From: Macrostomum lignano
Taxonomy: Eukaryota
Direction of reading: 5' to 3'
NCBI GenBank assembly: GCA_002269645.1
Contig: NIVC01002543.1
Coordinates: 62,001 to 126,000, forward strand
Length of the DNA: 64,000 nt
Shown here piece after piece: positions 11,522 to 24,269 of the stretch; positions within the stretch are counted from its first letter, which is position 1; each line of letters opens with the position of its first letter. The position numbers and the translations under genes are program-made. The notes under the pieces are model-generated. The model was not told where the DNA came from. It did not search any database and saw only the letters and a program-made list of their open reading frames with translations.

Positions 11522-13170
11522 TCAGTGGTAGGACATCCGCTCTCCCGGGCCGCACCGCACGATCGGCAGGCGGCCGCACGGGTCCGAAGCCTGTCGGAGG
11601 CAGTTCTGCGGCGGTGGAGGCGGAGGCGGCGGCTGCTGTTCGAGACGCAACATCTGGTAGTCGAGCTGGTCCCGCACGGAGGCCAGGGCCCGCAGCAGCA
11701 GCTCTCGCCGGTAGAGCTCCAGCTCCCGAGCAAAGAGGCCGCCGCCGACGCCGCCGCCGCTTCTGTACGTCGCCTCGCCGGCGTCGCGGAAGCGCCGGTC
11801 CAGGCTGTCCCGCTGGGCGGTGAGTCGCTGCACAGCCTCCGCCAGCGACTCCTCCGTCGACTTTGGCGACAGCGACGGCAGCTCGAACTCCATCTCGGAG
11901 TCGGAGTCGGTGTCAGCTGGCGAGTCGAACTCGGTACCTTCAGAATCGGAGCGGAGCACCGGGGTCTGGCAGGCGGCGGCCTCGGTGAGGTTGAGGCTGC
12001 TGCCGCTGCTGCAGCTACTGGTGTCGGGCGGTGGTGCCATCATCAGCAGCATCTGACGCCGATCCATGTCCCACCACAGGCTGCTGGAGTCGGCACCGCT
12101 GCTCATGCTCACCGGTGTCACCTCGGCGACGGCCATCAGCTGCTGCTCCTCGGGCACAAAGCCGACGCTGGCGACGCCCTCAGCCATGATGGACAGCGGC
12201 TGGGCGTCGGGGCCGAACGCGGAGTTGTGAATCGCCATGACTTCGGCATCGGCGGCCAGATCTTCATCGTTGCTGGAGCCGCAGTCCCAGCGCTGCTCGG
12301 TGACTGTTGGTGCGAGCGCTGACGGTGACGACGCTTCTTGAGCACCTTTCGTTTCGATTGAAACTGCTGCTGCTGCTCAAGAACCGGCGTCGAACTGCCA
12401 TCGCTGTCAGTGCCAACCAGACTGACCTGCGCCTGCACCGTCTTCAGGCCGCAGTCGCTCGTCCCGAAGTCCTCGAAATCCTCAGTTTGGGCCGCGGTTG
12501 CAGTGGTCTCGGCGGGCTGCATCGACGGAGGCGCTCGGCTGCCAACTTCCTCAATGCCGGAGATGCCGGAGTCCAGACTCTTCTGCATCACTCCGCTGTC
12601 CTCAATTCGCGGCCGTTTGCGCTCCCTCAGCCAGGGATTGGTGCGGATCTGCGACCGCTTCTTCATCGTGAGCGGCTGCACCACAGCGCGGCAGTGCGGG
12701 CAGTAGGCCAGCGGCGACTCGTCCTCTGCGCTGAGCAGGTCACCAGACGAAGCGGACGGGAGCCCCTCATCCGAGCTCGTGTTGGCTTTCTCGGCGATTC
12801 CGGAGCCGCTGGCGGCGTTCCCGGCCTGTCCGGTCACAGCCGCCTTGCCGCTGCGCCCGACGCTGGCAGCTCGGCGCAGGAACCGCGGCAGCGAGTGGCT
12901 CTCCTTCTTCCTCGGTGGTGGCAGCGGAGGCGGCTGCTGCTCCTCCGGCGGCGGCTGCTGGGCCGCTGGCTGCCGAACGGCAAATACAGCTCGACGCTCG
13001 AAGCCCTCGAAGACGAACTCCTCGTCGCCGGTGTCCGCCCCGGCGATGCAGGAGGCTTCGAAGTGTCTCCGCTTCTTCCGACGGCTGAGGCTTCTGCCAG
13101 GCTCTGCTGGCAGCTGCTGCTGCTGCGGCTGCTGCGCCGGCTCCGCCTTCTTCCAGAACTTCCAGCGCAT
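11522..13170 (-). CDS. Uncharacterized, largely disordered protein (~549 aa if joined) interrupted by a 1-nt frameshift near 12377
   Basis: ORF 13170-12136 (MRWKFWKK...) overlaps a -1-frame ORF open from ~12376 to the stop at 11522. Both are GC3-rich and protein-like. An acceptor-like CTATTCTCGCAG lies ~28 nt upstream of the ATG. The C-terminal helical segment (LAEAVQRLTAQRDSLDRRF...RELELYRRELLLRALASVRDQLDYQ) looks folded; family not recognised. Confidence 0.7.
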
Positions 13171-14847
13171 TTGAGTCAGCGTGCGGGGCCCTCACACTGC
13201 GAGAATAGGAGGGTACAAGGATGTACGAGTATAAGCCACAAGAAAGTTGGAGTCAAAAGCTAATCTTCGCTTCGGCTTGCAGATTTCTGCTCTGGAGATT
13301 GGATGACAAAATGTTCAGATATCCCCATCGGCTCTCTGTTCCCCACTCGACCTGCCTGCGTGTCTAGACAGGGTGGAAGGACAGGCAGGCAAGGCTGACA
13401 ACGGGGGAGCGGCTTCTGCTGTCGCTGCGGGATAGAGGGAGCAGATAGAGGGAGGAGATAGAATGGGCCGGCAGGGAGGCGGCCATGCGACACACTCGTA
13501 GGGCTGCTGTATGGGCGATGCCGCGGATGCCGCCAGGGATTGACAGCTGCGCGTTAGAAGCCTGCCAAATGCCGTAGCAATGTAGAGCAAAGGAAGAGAG
13601 GACTGCATGCGCCTCACTGGCCCCAATCATTGTGGCAGCGCAGAGCCTGAGTAGACAGAACTATGGCAGATTCCCAATGCTAAGTACTTTAGCCCAATAT
13701 AGAGAGTGGAGAGCAGGTTGGTGAGGTGGAATTTCCATTGACCTGGAACTGATGTCGAAGCTCTTCTCTCTCTCTTTTTTCTAATTTTGGACTGCCTCAG
13801 CCCGTGCGGACCCGGATGCAGAGAGAGTCTCGCCCACTTCGCACAGCGTTTAACTCCTTATAACTTTTTGTACCCTCGTAGCTTATGAAGTAAAGCATTG
13901 AAGGATGAAGGTGAAAGCTTAGGAGAAGGAGGCTGGGATCTTGTAGTTTCGTTGTTCAATGATTGCTAGTCTGCTTTCCTCGTCAGTTAACTGGAGTTAA
14001 AAAAGGCAATTCGCAAATTTCTGAATTCCACAAATTCGCCGGCAAGCTGGACTGGCTGTCCATCTTCCATGCGGGGCGATGAGGCCGCCATTTTCGGAAT
14101 CCCCTGCTGGCGGAAGAAATTTGCGAACTTTTAAGAAATGGCCAAGAAAATGGCGAGAGAAAGGCCGAGAGGCGGGGCTTGGCAAGAACTCTTCGCTGAC
14201 GATAAACAGGTGCGGCCAGGTGTGCGAAATCCGCCTCATTACCGACCGGCTTGCGTGTAGCCGCGCAGCTTCCCATGCAGATCTTTTTCCCACTTCTGCC
14301 CATCCCCGCTATCTTCACCGCTCCTGACACGGGCGAGGAAAAGAGCGACAGAAAAGTATGAAAATAAAGTTTGGGAGGAGGGAGATTTGCGATTAAGATT
14401 CGAGCGGAAAAAATCCCTCATTTTGCGGTGAAGAAGAACCTTGGTCTGCCCGGTCTGCCTGTCCTCTTGTGGCAACAGTTGGCTTCAAAGCTCTTCCAGA
14501 AGAACTTGCACTCTTTTGTTGCAGGGTGCAGTTGGAAAATTCTTGGCTCGCGAGAGTGGAAGGCAAAATGAAAAGCAAACAGAACGCAAAAATGCGCTAA
14601 GCGAGGCAAAACAAATTCCTGGCGGCAATTTTCTGGCGACATTGTTGCTTTTAATTGAAAAGAAGATTTGTTAACTGTGTCCCAGAGGCGGCGCAAAAGC
14701 GCTGCGCATTCACTGGCCGGTTGAACGATTGGACCAGGGGGTCGGCGAACTCCGGCCAAGGCCACAAAGCCTCTCTATCCGGCCCTCGGGTCCTTTGAAC
14801 TTCACAATAGCAATCCGGCCCGCTCAGGGTTTGTGTCTTTTCTCAGC

Positions 14848-16185
14848 TCCTCTCCTCTCCTCTCCTCTCCTCTCCTCTCCTCTCCTCTCTCCTCTCCTCT
14901 CTCCTCTCCTCTCCTCTCCTCGCCTCTCCTCTCCTCTCCTCTCCTCTCCTCTCCTCTCCTCTCCTCTCCTCTCCTCTCCTCTCCTCTCCTCTCCTCTCCT
15001 TTCCTCACCCCTCTCCTCTCCTCACCTCTCCTCTCCTCTCCTCTCCTCTCCTCTCCTCTCCTCTCCTCTCCTCTCCTCTCCTCTCCTCTCCTCTCCTCTC
15101 TGCTCTGCTCTCCTCTCCTCTCCTCTCCTTTCCTCTCCCCTCTCCTCTCCTCTCCTCTCCTCTCCTCTCCTCTCCTCTCCTCTCCTCTCCTCCCCTCTCC
15201 TCTCCTCTCCTGTCCTCTCCTCCCCTCTCCTCTCCTCTCCTCTCCTCTCCTCTCCTCTCCTCTCCTCTCCTCTCCTCTCCTCTCCTCTCCTCTCCTCTCC
15301 TCGCCTCTCCTCTCCTCTCCTCTCCTCTCCTCTCCTCTCCTCTCCTCTCCTCTCCTCTCCTCTCCTCTCCTTTCCTCTCCCCTCTCCTCTCCTCACCTCT
15401 CCTCTCCTCTCCTCTCCTCTGCTCTCCTCTCCTCTCCTCTCCTCTCCTCTCCTCTCCTCTGCTCTCCTCTCCTCTCCTCTCCTCTCTGCTCTCCTCTCCT
15501 CTCCTCTCCTCTCCTTTCCTCTCCCCTCTCCTCTCCTCTCCTCTCCTCTCCTCTCCTCTCCTCTCCTCTCCTCTCCTTTCCTCTCCCCTCTCCTCTCCTC
15601 TCCTCTCCTCTCCTCTCCTCTCCTCTCCTCTCCTCTCCTTTCCTCACCCCTCTCCTCTCCTCACCTCTCCTCTCCTCTCCTCTCCTCTCCTCTCCTCTCC
15701 TCTCCTCTCCTCTCCTCTCCTCTCCTCTCCTCTCCTCTCCTCTCCTCTCCTCTCTGCTCTCCTCTCCTCTCCTCTCCTCTCCTTTCCTCTCCCTCTCCTC
15801 TCCTCTCCTCTCCTCTCCTCTCCTCTCCTCTCCTCTCCTCTCCTCTCCTCTCCTCTCCTCTCCTCCCCTCTCCTCTCCTCTCCTCTCCTCTCCTCTTCTC
15901 TCCTCTCCTCTCCTCTCCTCTCCTCTCCTCTCCTCTCCTCTGCTCTCCTCTCCTCTCCTCTCCTCTCTGCTCTCCTCTCCTCTCCTCTCCTCTCCTTTCC
16001 TCTCCCTCTCCTCTCCTCTCCTCTCCTCTCCTCTCCTCTCCTCTCCTCTCCTCTCCTCTCCTCTCCTCTCCTCTCCTGTCCTCTCCTCTCCTCTCCTCTC
16101 CTCTCCTCTCCTCTCCTCTCCTCTCTTCTCTGCTCTGCTCTGTTCTCTTCTCTCTCCTCTATTCCCTTTGACCCTCTCCTCTCTC
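14848..16185. repeat. (CTCCT)n pentanucleotide microsatellite, ~1.3 kb polypyrimidine/polypurine tract
   Basis: Direct reading; (SSPLL)n and (EERRG)n ORFs are artefacts. Confidence 0.98.
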
Positions 16186-17789
16186 CCCTCTGGCCCGCAG
16201 TAATGCCACTAGATTTTATCTGGCTCCAAATGTAAAAAATTTTGCCGAGCCCTGGATCATTCGAGCGTTCATTAGGCATCCAAGACTTCACAAGACTACA
16301 GTAGAGGCTTATAACTATTTGGCAGTGTGAAATTTCGGAAACCACAGGGAAATCATGTCTCTGTACTTAAGCATCGGATGCCAGCTAGAATGCTTCACTG
16401 CCGGTTGCTTTGCTTCTCCTAGAAGAACAAGTAGAAACTGAACTGGGCAAATGATAGAACTCCATTCGTCCCTGTAACTAGGCTAGATCAGAATCTTCTC
16501 CCTAACTGCTTGTCAAAAAGCAGATCCGGAGGTAAGAGACGTGCACTTTTCTACCCTAGAACATCTAGCTGCCAGCATATTGCAGGCTTTCGAGGCACTT
16601 ATTATTTCTACGAAGCTGCATGCAGGCTAGCTAGGGGAGTGCTTTTCAGCCAAGGATTCTGCGTGATTTACCGGACGCTAGGGACAACAGCTTCATCATA
16701 TGCATTTCAGTCGGGTGGCTGCTGAAAGTCAGGGAAGGAAGAAGAGGAGAAGGGAGAATAATAATTAGTTCTCAAGGTAAGCTCGGGCAGCCTGGCAAGG
16801 AGGTTTTTCTCCCGCACGTCACCAACAGCTTATTGGAATGCGGGTCGCGAACTGATTTGCATGCAGCTGTTTCCATCACCGCTCTCCGCAAGAGTCCTGT
16901 AGCTGGGGCTAAAATCAATGAATCCATATGCCATAGCAGGGTTTGAGTAACAGCTCAAGCGCTGAGTGCGATCCCGTGTTTCTCTTGCTTGCCCACGCCG
17001 CTGCAGCCAGGAGTCTGGGAGTTAATGAGCCGGGCCGCGATCACCCGTGAGCCTGCTTCACGCCTGACCGCTCACAACAGAGAGAGAGAGAGAGCAATGG
17101 AGATTGAGGCATAGAATTCTAGATAACTAACTGGAAGAGAAGGCTCACTTTTTCGTGGGTCGAAAGCGGACACAACCGGGCCGAGTCATTTTAGCTTGTT
17201 TAAACGGCCTGCCTTTCCCTATCTCAGTCCCACTGACTAAGCGGGGTTTGAGGTGGGCAGGCTCTTCACAAGGCTTGGAAGTTTTTTGTCCTAGACAGGA
17301 GAAAAACCCTTCGGAGGGGAAGGAAGATCCCCGGTAAATCAGTGCTGTTTCTTTGTCTGTGATGCACACGGGGTAACAGGCCCCCCACTTGAAAGCTGAA
17401 CGCATGCACATTGGGTGTACATTTGCTCGCATGCTTTTGAGGATGCCTTCTCCACTTCACCCTAAATGAAAAATTTATAAAGATTCGATATGATGCATGC
17501 TATATCAGAGACTATAGTCAGAGAAAAAGAATTGTTTATAAATACGCAGCTTACAACTACAGGTCTGGATCTGGATATGCAACTACAAATAAAAATCCAG
17601 CGGTTCAATCTTCAGGAGCAGAAAGCAGAATATTTTCTCATGTGCTTCCTTTGCATGATTTTCAACTATTTGAAGAGTGGTCGCAACGAATTCGAAGGGT
17701 AAACTACCAACCCAGGACAGAATCTCAACTGTTGCACTTTATTGCCACCGATTTTCACACAACGTCACAATATTCTTAGTGAGCGCAGG

Positions 17790-18620
17790 AGAAACAGCGA
17801 CACTCTGAATAAGGAATGATGGTGTGCCGGTGTGCCCTCCATACAACAACAAAATGCGCTGTCAGCCATTCCAGCGAGTCATGGTCATGAGAGACAAGGA
17901 CAACGTCACACGTTTCAGGTCCTGGGCGCGAACCGCCGGCCGCACCGCCGGCAGAGTCCGGGGCGCCGGCATTAGCCGGCAAGAAGTCGACGAAACACAG
18001 ACTGCGTGCCTGTCCCCGCCGGGTGCCTGCAGCGACAGCAGCAGCACTTCCTGCACCGGCTGTGGACTTTAGGACTCGGCTCGGATGATGTGGCCTGCCA
18101 GCTGGAGTCGTGGACGGCGCAAAAGTTTGCTGGGAAGGGACAGGCCAGTGCGGCGATAGAGCCCGCATTGGTGACGTGCTCGCAGCCGATCTTAAAGACA
18201 GGCCAGCGTGCGCCGCATTGACCTGCTGTTCGAGCGAATCCGTCAGTGTCCAGGTCTCGGTGTTGTACAACAGGACGGTCTCGATCACCGCCTTGAACAA
18301 CGCCGCCCTCTGGCGGTCAGGCAGGGCCTCGGACTGCAGGACAGCCCTCACGAAACGGAAGGCAACCCAAGCAAGTCCACGGCGACGTGCTAGGTCCTCT
18401 GGAACATCAAGCACCATGGTCTGCAGACCGCCGAGGCAGACGAACTGCTGACAGTGCGGAAGCTTCGACACCTGCCTGTCAGCGTCTCGGTATTCGAAGC
18501 ACGACGGTCTTCTGCGTGTTGACCCCCAGGCCGACGCTCGCAGCAACGCTCACAAGCTGGTCCAGCTGGCGCTGGGCGCGTTCGACGGTCGGCAGGAAGA
18601 GACTCGACGAAATCGTCGAG
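17790..18620 (-). mobile_element. 5'-truncated, frameshifted non-LTR retrotransposon (RTE-like LINE) remnant: end of RT and post-RT region
   Basis: Minus frames give TVERAQRQLDQLVSVAASVGLGVNTQKTVVL (helix after the YADD motif) and DLARRRGLAWVAF...LFKAVIETVLLYNTETWTLT (typical RTE-clade C-terminus). The segments lie in different frames. Confidence 0.85.
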
Positions 18621-20340
18621 TTTGACCGCGATGCATCAGGTGAAATCGATCGCCGGAAAGTACCGCGATGCAGTGGCGATGGTACCGCGATGCATCTTCT
18701 TCATAGATTAGATTAAGCAGCTAATTTATGTTCATACTATGATTTTTTACTGATCCTATGTGTTTACTTTGCGGCTTTGCAAAAATATTAGTTTTGTTAA
18801 GATATGTCACAAATACCTTTAGTGACTCTTAATAAGCACTGACTTGTTAATTAAAAAAATAAACTTAAAGAATTAAATATTACTCTTAATAACAGCAGCC
18901 AATTATTAGTGAAAACATTAGTGTTGAATAAGGCAGCCAGAAAACATGCAGGCTCCCACTCGGCCCGGTTGTGTCCGCCCCCCAAAAAAGCCTTCGCTTC
19001 CAGTTAGTTATCTAGAATTCTATGATTGAGGCTTGTCTCTTACTAATAGTCGGTTCTTTATATTTGTGAGGCCTCTTTAAGATTGTGTGGAGATCCCCCG
19101 CATTGAATTCCGTGTGTAATAAAATTGAGGGCCACGCTGGTCGAACGAGAGTCGCACGAGATTCGCTATAGATATTAACCACAGATCCCCATCCTATGCT
19201 GAAAATGCAATTCCCAATTCCGTGACTGGAACGAACGGAAGCCGCAATCAATCATGAAGCCTCGGCCGAAGCGAGTCGAGCACAATGGTTACAAGTGAGG
19301 AGCTCCATCTCTCACTTTCTCTCTCTACAGGGCTCTGAGCAGAATCACTCAACCAGCGCGTGACGCCGCTCGCATATTCGGCTTGGTCAAGCGAAAGAAA
19401 GAGGGGAGAAGGGAGAGAGGCTTAGAGGAGAAAAACTCAGACGGACTCACCTGGATGTTGAGAGCTGCCCGTTCTGCTGTTCTTCCCTGACTCGTGGGTC
19501 TCAAGCGCCAAGCGTCCCGACCTGCAGAGCTGGACAGGTGCGAGGATGCCTGCGGTGTCACAGGTTGCTCCCAGGCTTGACCAGTGGATAGGAAATAACG
19601 GTTAAAGACTGCAGTGATGGATACAATTTGAAAAGTTAAGCCTTGGTTTAGCTGATCGGGGAGGCGGGCGAGGGCGTGGTGTTCCCTGTTGGCCGACTGA
19701 AATACCTCAGATGAGTCGTTCCGGGTGGGAAGCCTGACTGCTTTGCACTCGCTTCCCCTTTCTCTCCGCCAATCTCCCCCTGTCTTTGGCCATCTAGATC
19801 TAAGCAAAGAAAGGCTTTGCGGGAAGGAGGAGGGATAGCGATCAGCCAATCAGAGCCCAGCTGGCTACGCGGGAACAGAACGCACGGAAACTCGAGTGCT
19901 TTGTACACTTTCCCAAGGCCATGCAAAGCTATAGCAAGGAAGTGAGAAGAAAGAGAATTATAGAAGGGTTAGAACAATTTTCTATCGCTCACCCACCCCG
20001 GGAAGCTCAGAGCTACTTTTGTCAGGCGCGTGAGTCACTCTCCTGACTGGCAGAGAAACAAGTGCATGTGTACTGCATGCGGCTCATGCAGGAAGGGAAC
20101 TGGGGCCGGTGGTTGTCTCGGCCAGACTGGGTGAGGGGGCGTGAAGGAAGAGAATTGACAGCGGGGCAGAGGAAATTGCACTCTCTAAATTTAATTTGCT
20201 AAAGCCATAAAGTGCTGAGGTGAAGTTCTGTCACTCTTTCTAATCCTGTTCACCTGTCCGTTGCTGGCACAGCAGGGGTGGCATTAGTCATGCGGCCACC
20301 ATGAGTGAGTAAGTCAAAGTAGGGACGCTACACTCTACTC

Positions 20341-20501
20341 TCTTAGAAACGAGCTGGAGACCGGTAAGAAACGGATTTTTATCGACAGATTTTGTCTATG
20401 GTGGAATCCCATTAAGCGCTATGCGTTCTACAGAGCATACCGAATGCACTGGCGATATGACAGACATTCGTTCCTTACCGACATCCAGTTCGTTTCTAGG
20501 A
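20341..20501. other. 161-bp element with 33-bp imperfect terminal inverted repeats (MITE-like or RNA hairpin)
   Basis: 20341-20373 TCTTAGAAACGAGCTGGAGACCGGTAAGAAACG versus the reverse complement of 20469-20501: 27/33 identical. Confidence 0.6.
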
Positions 20502-21562
20502 AAATCGATACGCGTCCTTCTAACTTCGGCTGTGCATAGAGTTCAGAAAAATGAAGTTCAGAAGACCTAAATTCATGTTTTTAGTTTTACTTAACTCAGT
20601 AACTCATAGTTGCTGCAATAAGGGACTTTCTATCATCATGTGCATACTGCCACTCACTCGCATACGTGCTACACCTTGGGGGACGGGCCCTCATTCCGCC
20701 CCAGTTCTGATGTTATCCTCATAGTTTTAAAAATCCTTTAGCTTGCAGCATACTCATATAACTGCATAAATTTGCTAGCTGTGCGGGAAAGCTGGACCAG
20801 TTCCAATATTATTGATCATTGGTACAGGCATGCAAGGATTTTGCCAATGCAAATTTAACACATTGGGAATTGCATAATCAAACTGCCTTCTCAAGTAAAC
20901 AGGATTAGGCAGGCCAGATGCCCCGAGTGGGTGACTCATCGCACTGCACAAACCTGCTATTGGATGGGCGGGTCGGTGAAGCTGCCTGCACTGCATCATT
21001 CCCGCGCGGCTGCGGAGTCCCAGGGTTGCACTGATGGAGAGCCTCGGAGACAGCAAAGTGGAGCTCAAGTTTCCCAGAATTTCTCTACCGCCTGCCGCTA
21101 TAACAGGGATTGCGTAATAGGAATGCAAATGATGACGCTGTCAGCCTCTCTATTCATTTGAATGGCTCTTCTGCTGGCGCATGGGATACGAGCTAGATCC
21201 TCTCGCCTTAAAAGCTCCCCCATCAACTGTCATATAGGCGAGCAATAGCTGGTCAATCAAATAGCTAAATGCATTGCAGTCAGGAGAGGCTGGATGGGAA
21301 CCGTGAAGAGAGCAGCGTGTTGGCTTCATAATTCATCATCATCTGAGGTGTCAAATTATCACACGAGTGGGATTTTCTCTTGGCTTCATCAGTCAGTGTT
21401 GCTGGCCGTGGTGCGGAGCACATTCTGTGGAACAGAAAAATAAGAACCTCAATAGCTGTCCCTGCTTTCTGATGCCTCTCGGGTCTCGCAGTTTTAATGG
21501 ATCTTCTCAAATTCGTCTTCAGATTAGTCTATAACATCTTGCTTTGGTTGAGGATCACCCGG

Positions 21563-21840
21563 AGCCCAGAGAAGCTCATCGGTAAACGCGTTCCACTCTC
21601 GCGTAACGAGCCCTGGTTTGATTCCGTGCACGCGGCCCAGGAGTCAGAAGAATGTGCAGGTTGCCTCTGTCGCCGAAGCATTGAGCCAGAGTATAGAGAG
21701 CCCTCCTGCTAGTATGCTAAGGATTGTACAAGCGGAGTGAACGGTAACTAAACTTTCAAGGGCAACATACAGCGCTATGCTCATACGAACTGAGACCAAG
21801 AACCCCCGAACCCGAGCCTCGTGCAAGCTGTAAATATAGT
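21563..21840 (+). mobile_element. Possible degenerate tRNA-derived SINE (or tRNA pseudogene head)
   Basis: A-box-like AGCTCATCGGTAAACGCG (21573) and B-box-like GGTTTGATTCC (21615) at tRNA spacing, ending CCA. The acceptor stem does not pair. AGCTGTAAAT core-like motif at ~21827. Confidence 0.3.
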
Positions 21841-22642
21841 TTACTCCAATTCAATCAAGCCAACTAGAGCACAATGAGCCGAGATTAAACAGCTTTCCAC
21901 ATGTAGAATCGATAGCCGTATGGGGGATAATTGTGCATCAGTATCGTCATCAGTAAGCAATTCTAGCACATGCATGCTTTATTCGGGAGCATGAAATTCG
22001 AGTCTGAAAAACAACCTGATTGACAAGTAGCTAGGCACAGCTGCAGAAAACCGCGCTAGATCGGGTTGCCAAGGCTTGCTGATCAGTGCACCTGATACCC
22101 TCAAACTAGCTGGTCAAAATGCGCACAGCTGGCTGCATGAGTTCGGTTGATGATTATTTATTGTTGACTAAGTAAGACGAACACAGATTGTGTCCTTAAA
22201 GTCCTCCAATCCAGCCCGTGCTGCTACTCTCCCAGTCTATCCATAGTTCCCTAGGGCCTGCTACAAAAGCATTTAGATTGCCCAAAAAATCAAAGCGTTG
22301 GTTTTTGACAAACTGCTGGTATTCCTCGCCTTTACTAAACTCACTCTGTGGCTCTACTCAGCAGAATACCCCGGGGAAATTTGCACAGCAAATCAGCTCA
22401 ACTGTGCTCAAACTGCATCAAGTTAGCTTTCTGCTGAATCGCACTCAACCAAATGATGAGCAGGCGATTCTGTAGAGACAAAATTTGAAACAGTAAGGAA
22501 TAAGTAAAAAGGCAGAAAAATTTTATTTTAAATAACTTGATTTTATAATTGTTACATCGAAAAGAAATAACAAGACAGCAACAGAACGACAACAATAAGC
22601 CGAGAGCCAAAGTTATGAGTGCCATTGTCCAATGCGTTCGGA

Positions 22643-24269
22643 TCAGCTGCTGACACCGCCTGCGGACGAGGCGGCGGAACCGGACGAAGCAGCGGAACCG
22701 GATGTAGAGGCGGAATCGGATGTAGAGGCGGAACCGGATGTAGAGGCGGAACCGGATGAAGCAGCGGAACCGGAAGTAGAGGCGGAACCGGATGTAGAGG
22801 CGGAACCGGATGTAGAGGCGGAACCGGATGTAGAGGCGGAACCGGATGTAGAGGCGGAACCGGATGAAGCAGCGGAACCGGAAGTAGAGGCGGAACTGGA
22901 TGTAGAGGCGGAACCGGACGAGGCTGCGGAACCAGATGAAGCGACGGAACCGGATGAAGCAGCGGAACCGGAGTTAGAGGCGGAACCGGATGTAGAGGCG
23001 GAACCAGATGAAGCAGCGGAACCGGATGTAGAGGCGGAGGCAGACGACGCGGCAGACGCGGTGCTGAGAAAGCCGAGCCGTTTAAGCGAGATTTCAACGT
23101 AAGCCGCGCGGTCAGCCCGGCTCCAGTCCACCATTCGGTCGGGCTGCGTGGCCAGCAGGACCGACCAGCCTCTCCTGGCGTCGGCCACAGCCGGGCACCG
23201 GTTATCAAGGTTGAAGTACAGAACACCGGAAGCGTTGCTGGACTCGCACGGAAGGGCGTCGCCGATGGCGTAGGCAAACGGAGACTCGGCGGCGAACACG
23301 CGAGCGGCCGCGAGAAGCTGACGGCTCCAGCTGGACTGGACAACGCTGTCGCGATCAAAGCTGCCGTTGTAGACCAGCTGCCAGGCCTGGCCGGAGGCGG
23401 TGGTCAGCCGCACCTTGACTAGCGGGAAAGCCAGCGGCCGGGAGCGGAGCAGCTGCGACTTGTAGAACAGGCCGGGCCGGAGGGCGCCTGCGGGGGCGGC
23501 GCTGGCCGGGTAGGTCAGCATGCTGTTGATAAGCAGCTCGGCCAGCGTCACCGGCATGTCAGCGGAGGCGATGAGACCGGGCAGCCAGCCGTCGGAGTCG
23601 GTGGGCAGGGACTTGGCCAGCAGTTGCAGCGATTCCAGGTCCTCCATCTCGGCCAGGGCGGAGGGCCGGCCGGAGCGGGCGAACCGGAAGCGCGGATACG
23701 GGCCCGGCAGGTCCTCGCAGCCGTCCCGGTCGGTGAGCACCGCCAGGAGGCCTTTGCGGCTGGCGCATCGGGAACCAGCGGCCGCGGTAGCAGTTGAAGT
23801 CGAGGCCGAGGCTGCAGTCGATGACGAGGCGGCCGAGCGAGTCAGGATGGAGAACAGGAGGCTGGGGAAACGGTCACTGCGAAGGCTCCAGCTGAGTTCC
23901 AGCGTCTCCTTCACGGACTCGAGTCGCCAGGGGAAGCTGGCCACCAAGTTGGCGGAGCTGAAGAAGCTGGCAAAGTCGGCGGCGGCGGTCTGGAAGGTGA
24001 GGTAGGCGCGGGTTTCGCCTTCCGAGTTGCGGAAGAGCAGCTTCACCTGGCTGTAGGTGCCGACTGTGAAGTTCCTCAGCGCGACAAACTGCCGCATCTC
24101 GGCAGACTCGGCCAAAGACATCCAGGAGTACGCGGTGCCGCGCAGCAGCGAGTCAAAGACCTCCTGAACGCGGACGCCGGAGCCAGCGCTGATCGTCAGC
24201 AGTGGCGAGAAATTGTCCAAGTTGGCGAGCTCCTGGCAGCTGGCGAGGGCTTTCTGGGTGCTGACGAAG
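22643..24269 (-). CDS. Secreted protein exon 6: two tandem globular domains and (SGSAST)n tail
   Basis: Acceptor CATCGCAG|C in phase 2; 1627-nt open frame to TGA at 22645-22643. Confidence 0.85.

Noticed and set aside
12136-12380. Programmed -1 ribosomal frameshift
   Set aside because: No slippery heptamer in the overlap; a single-base indel explains it more simply.
14729-16345. 456-480-aa (SSPLL)n and (EERRG)n ORFs
   Set aside because: Translations of the (CTCCT)n microsatellite.
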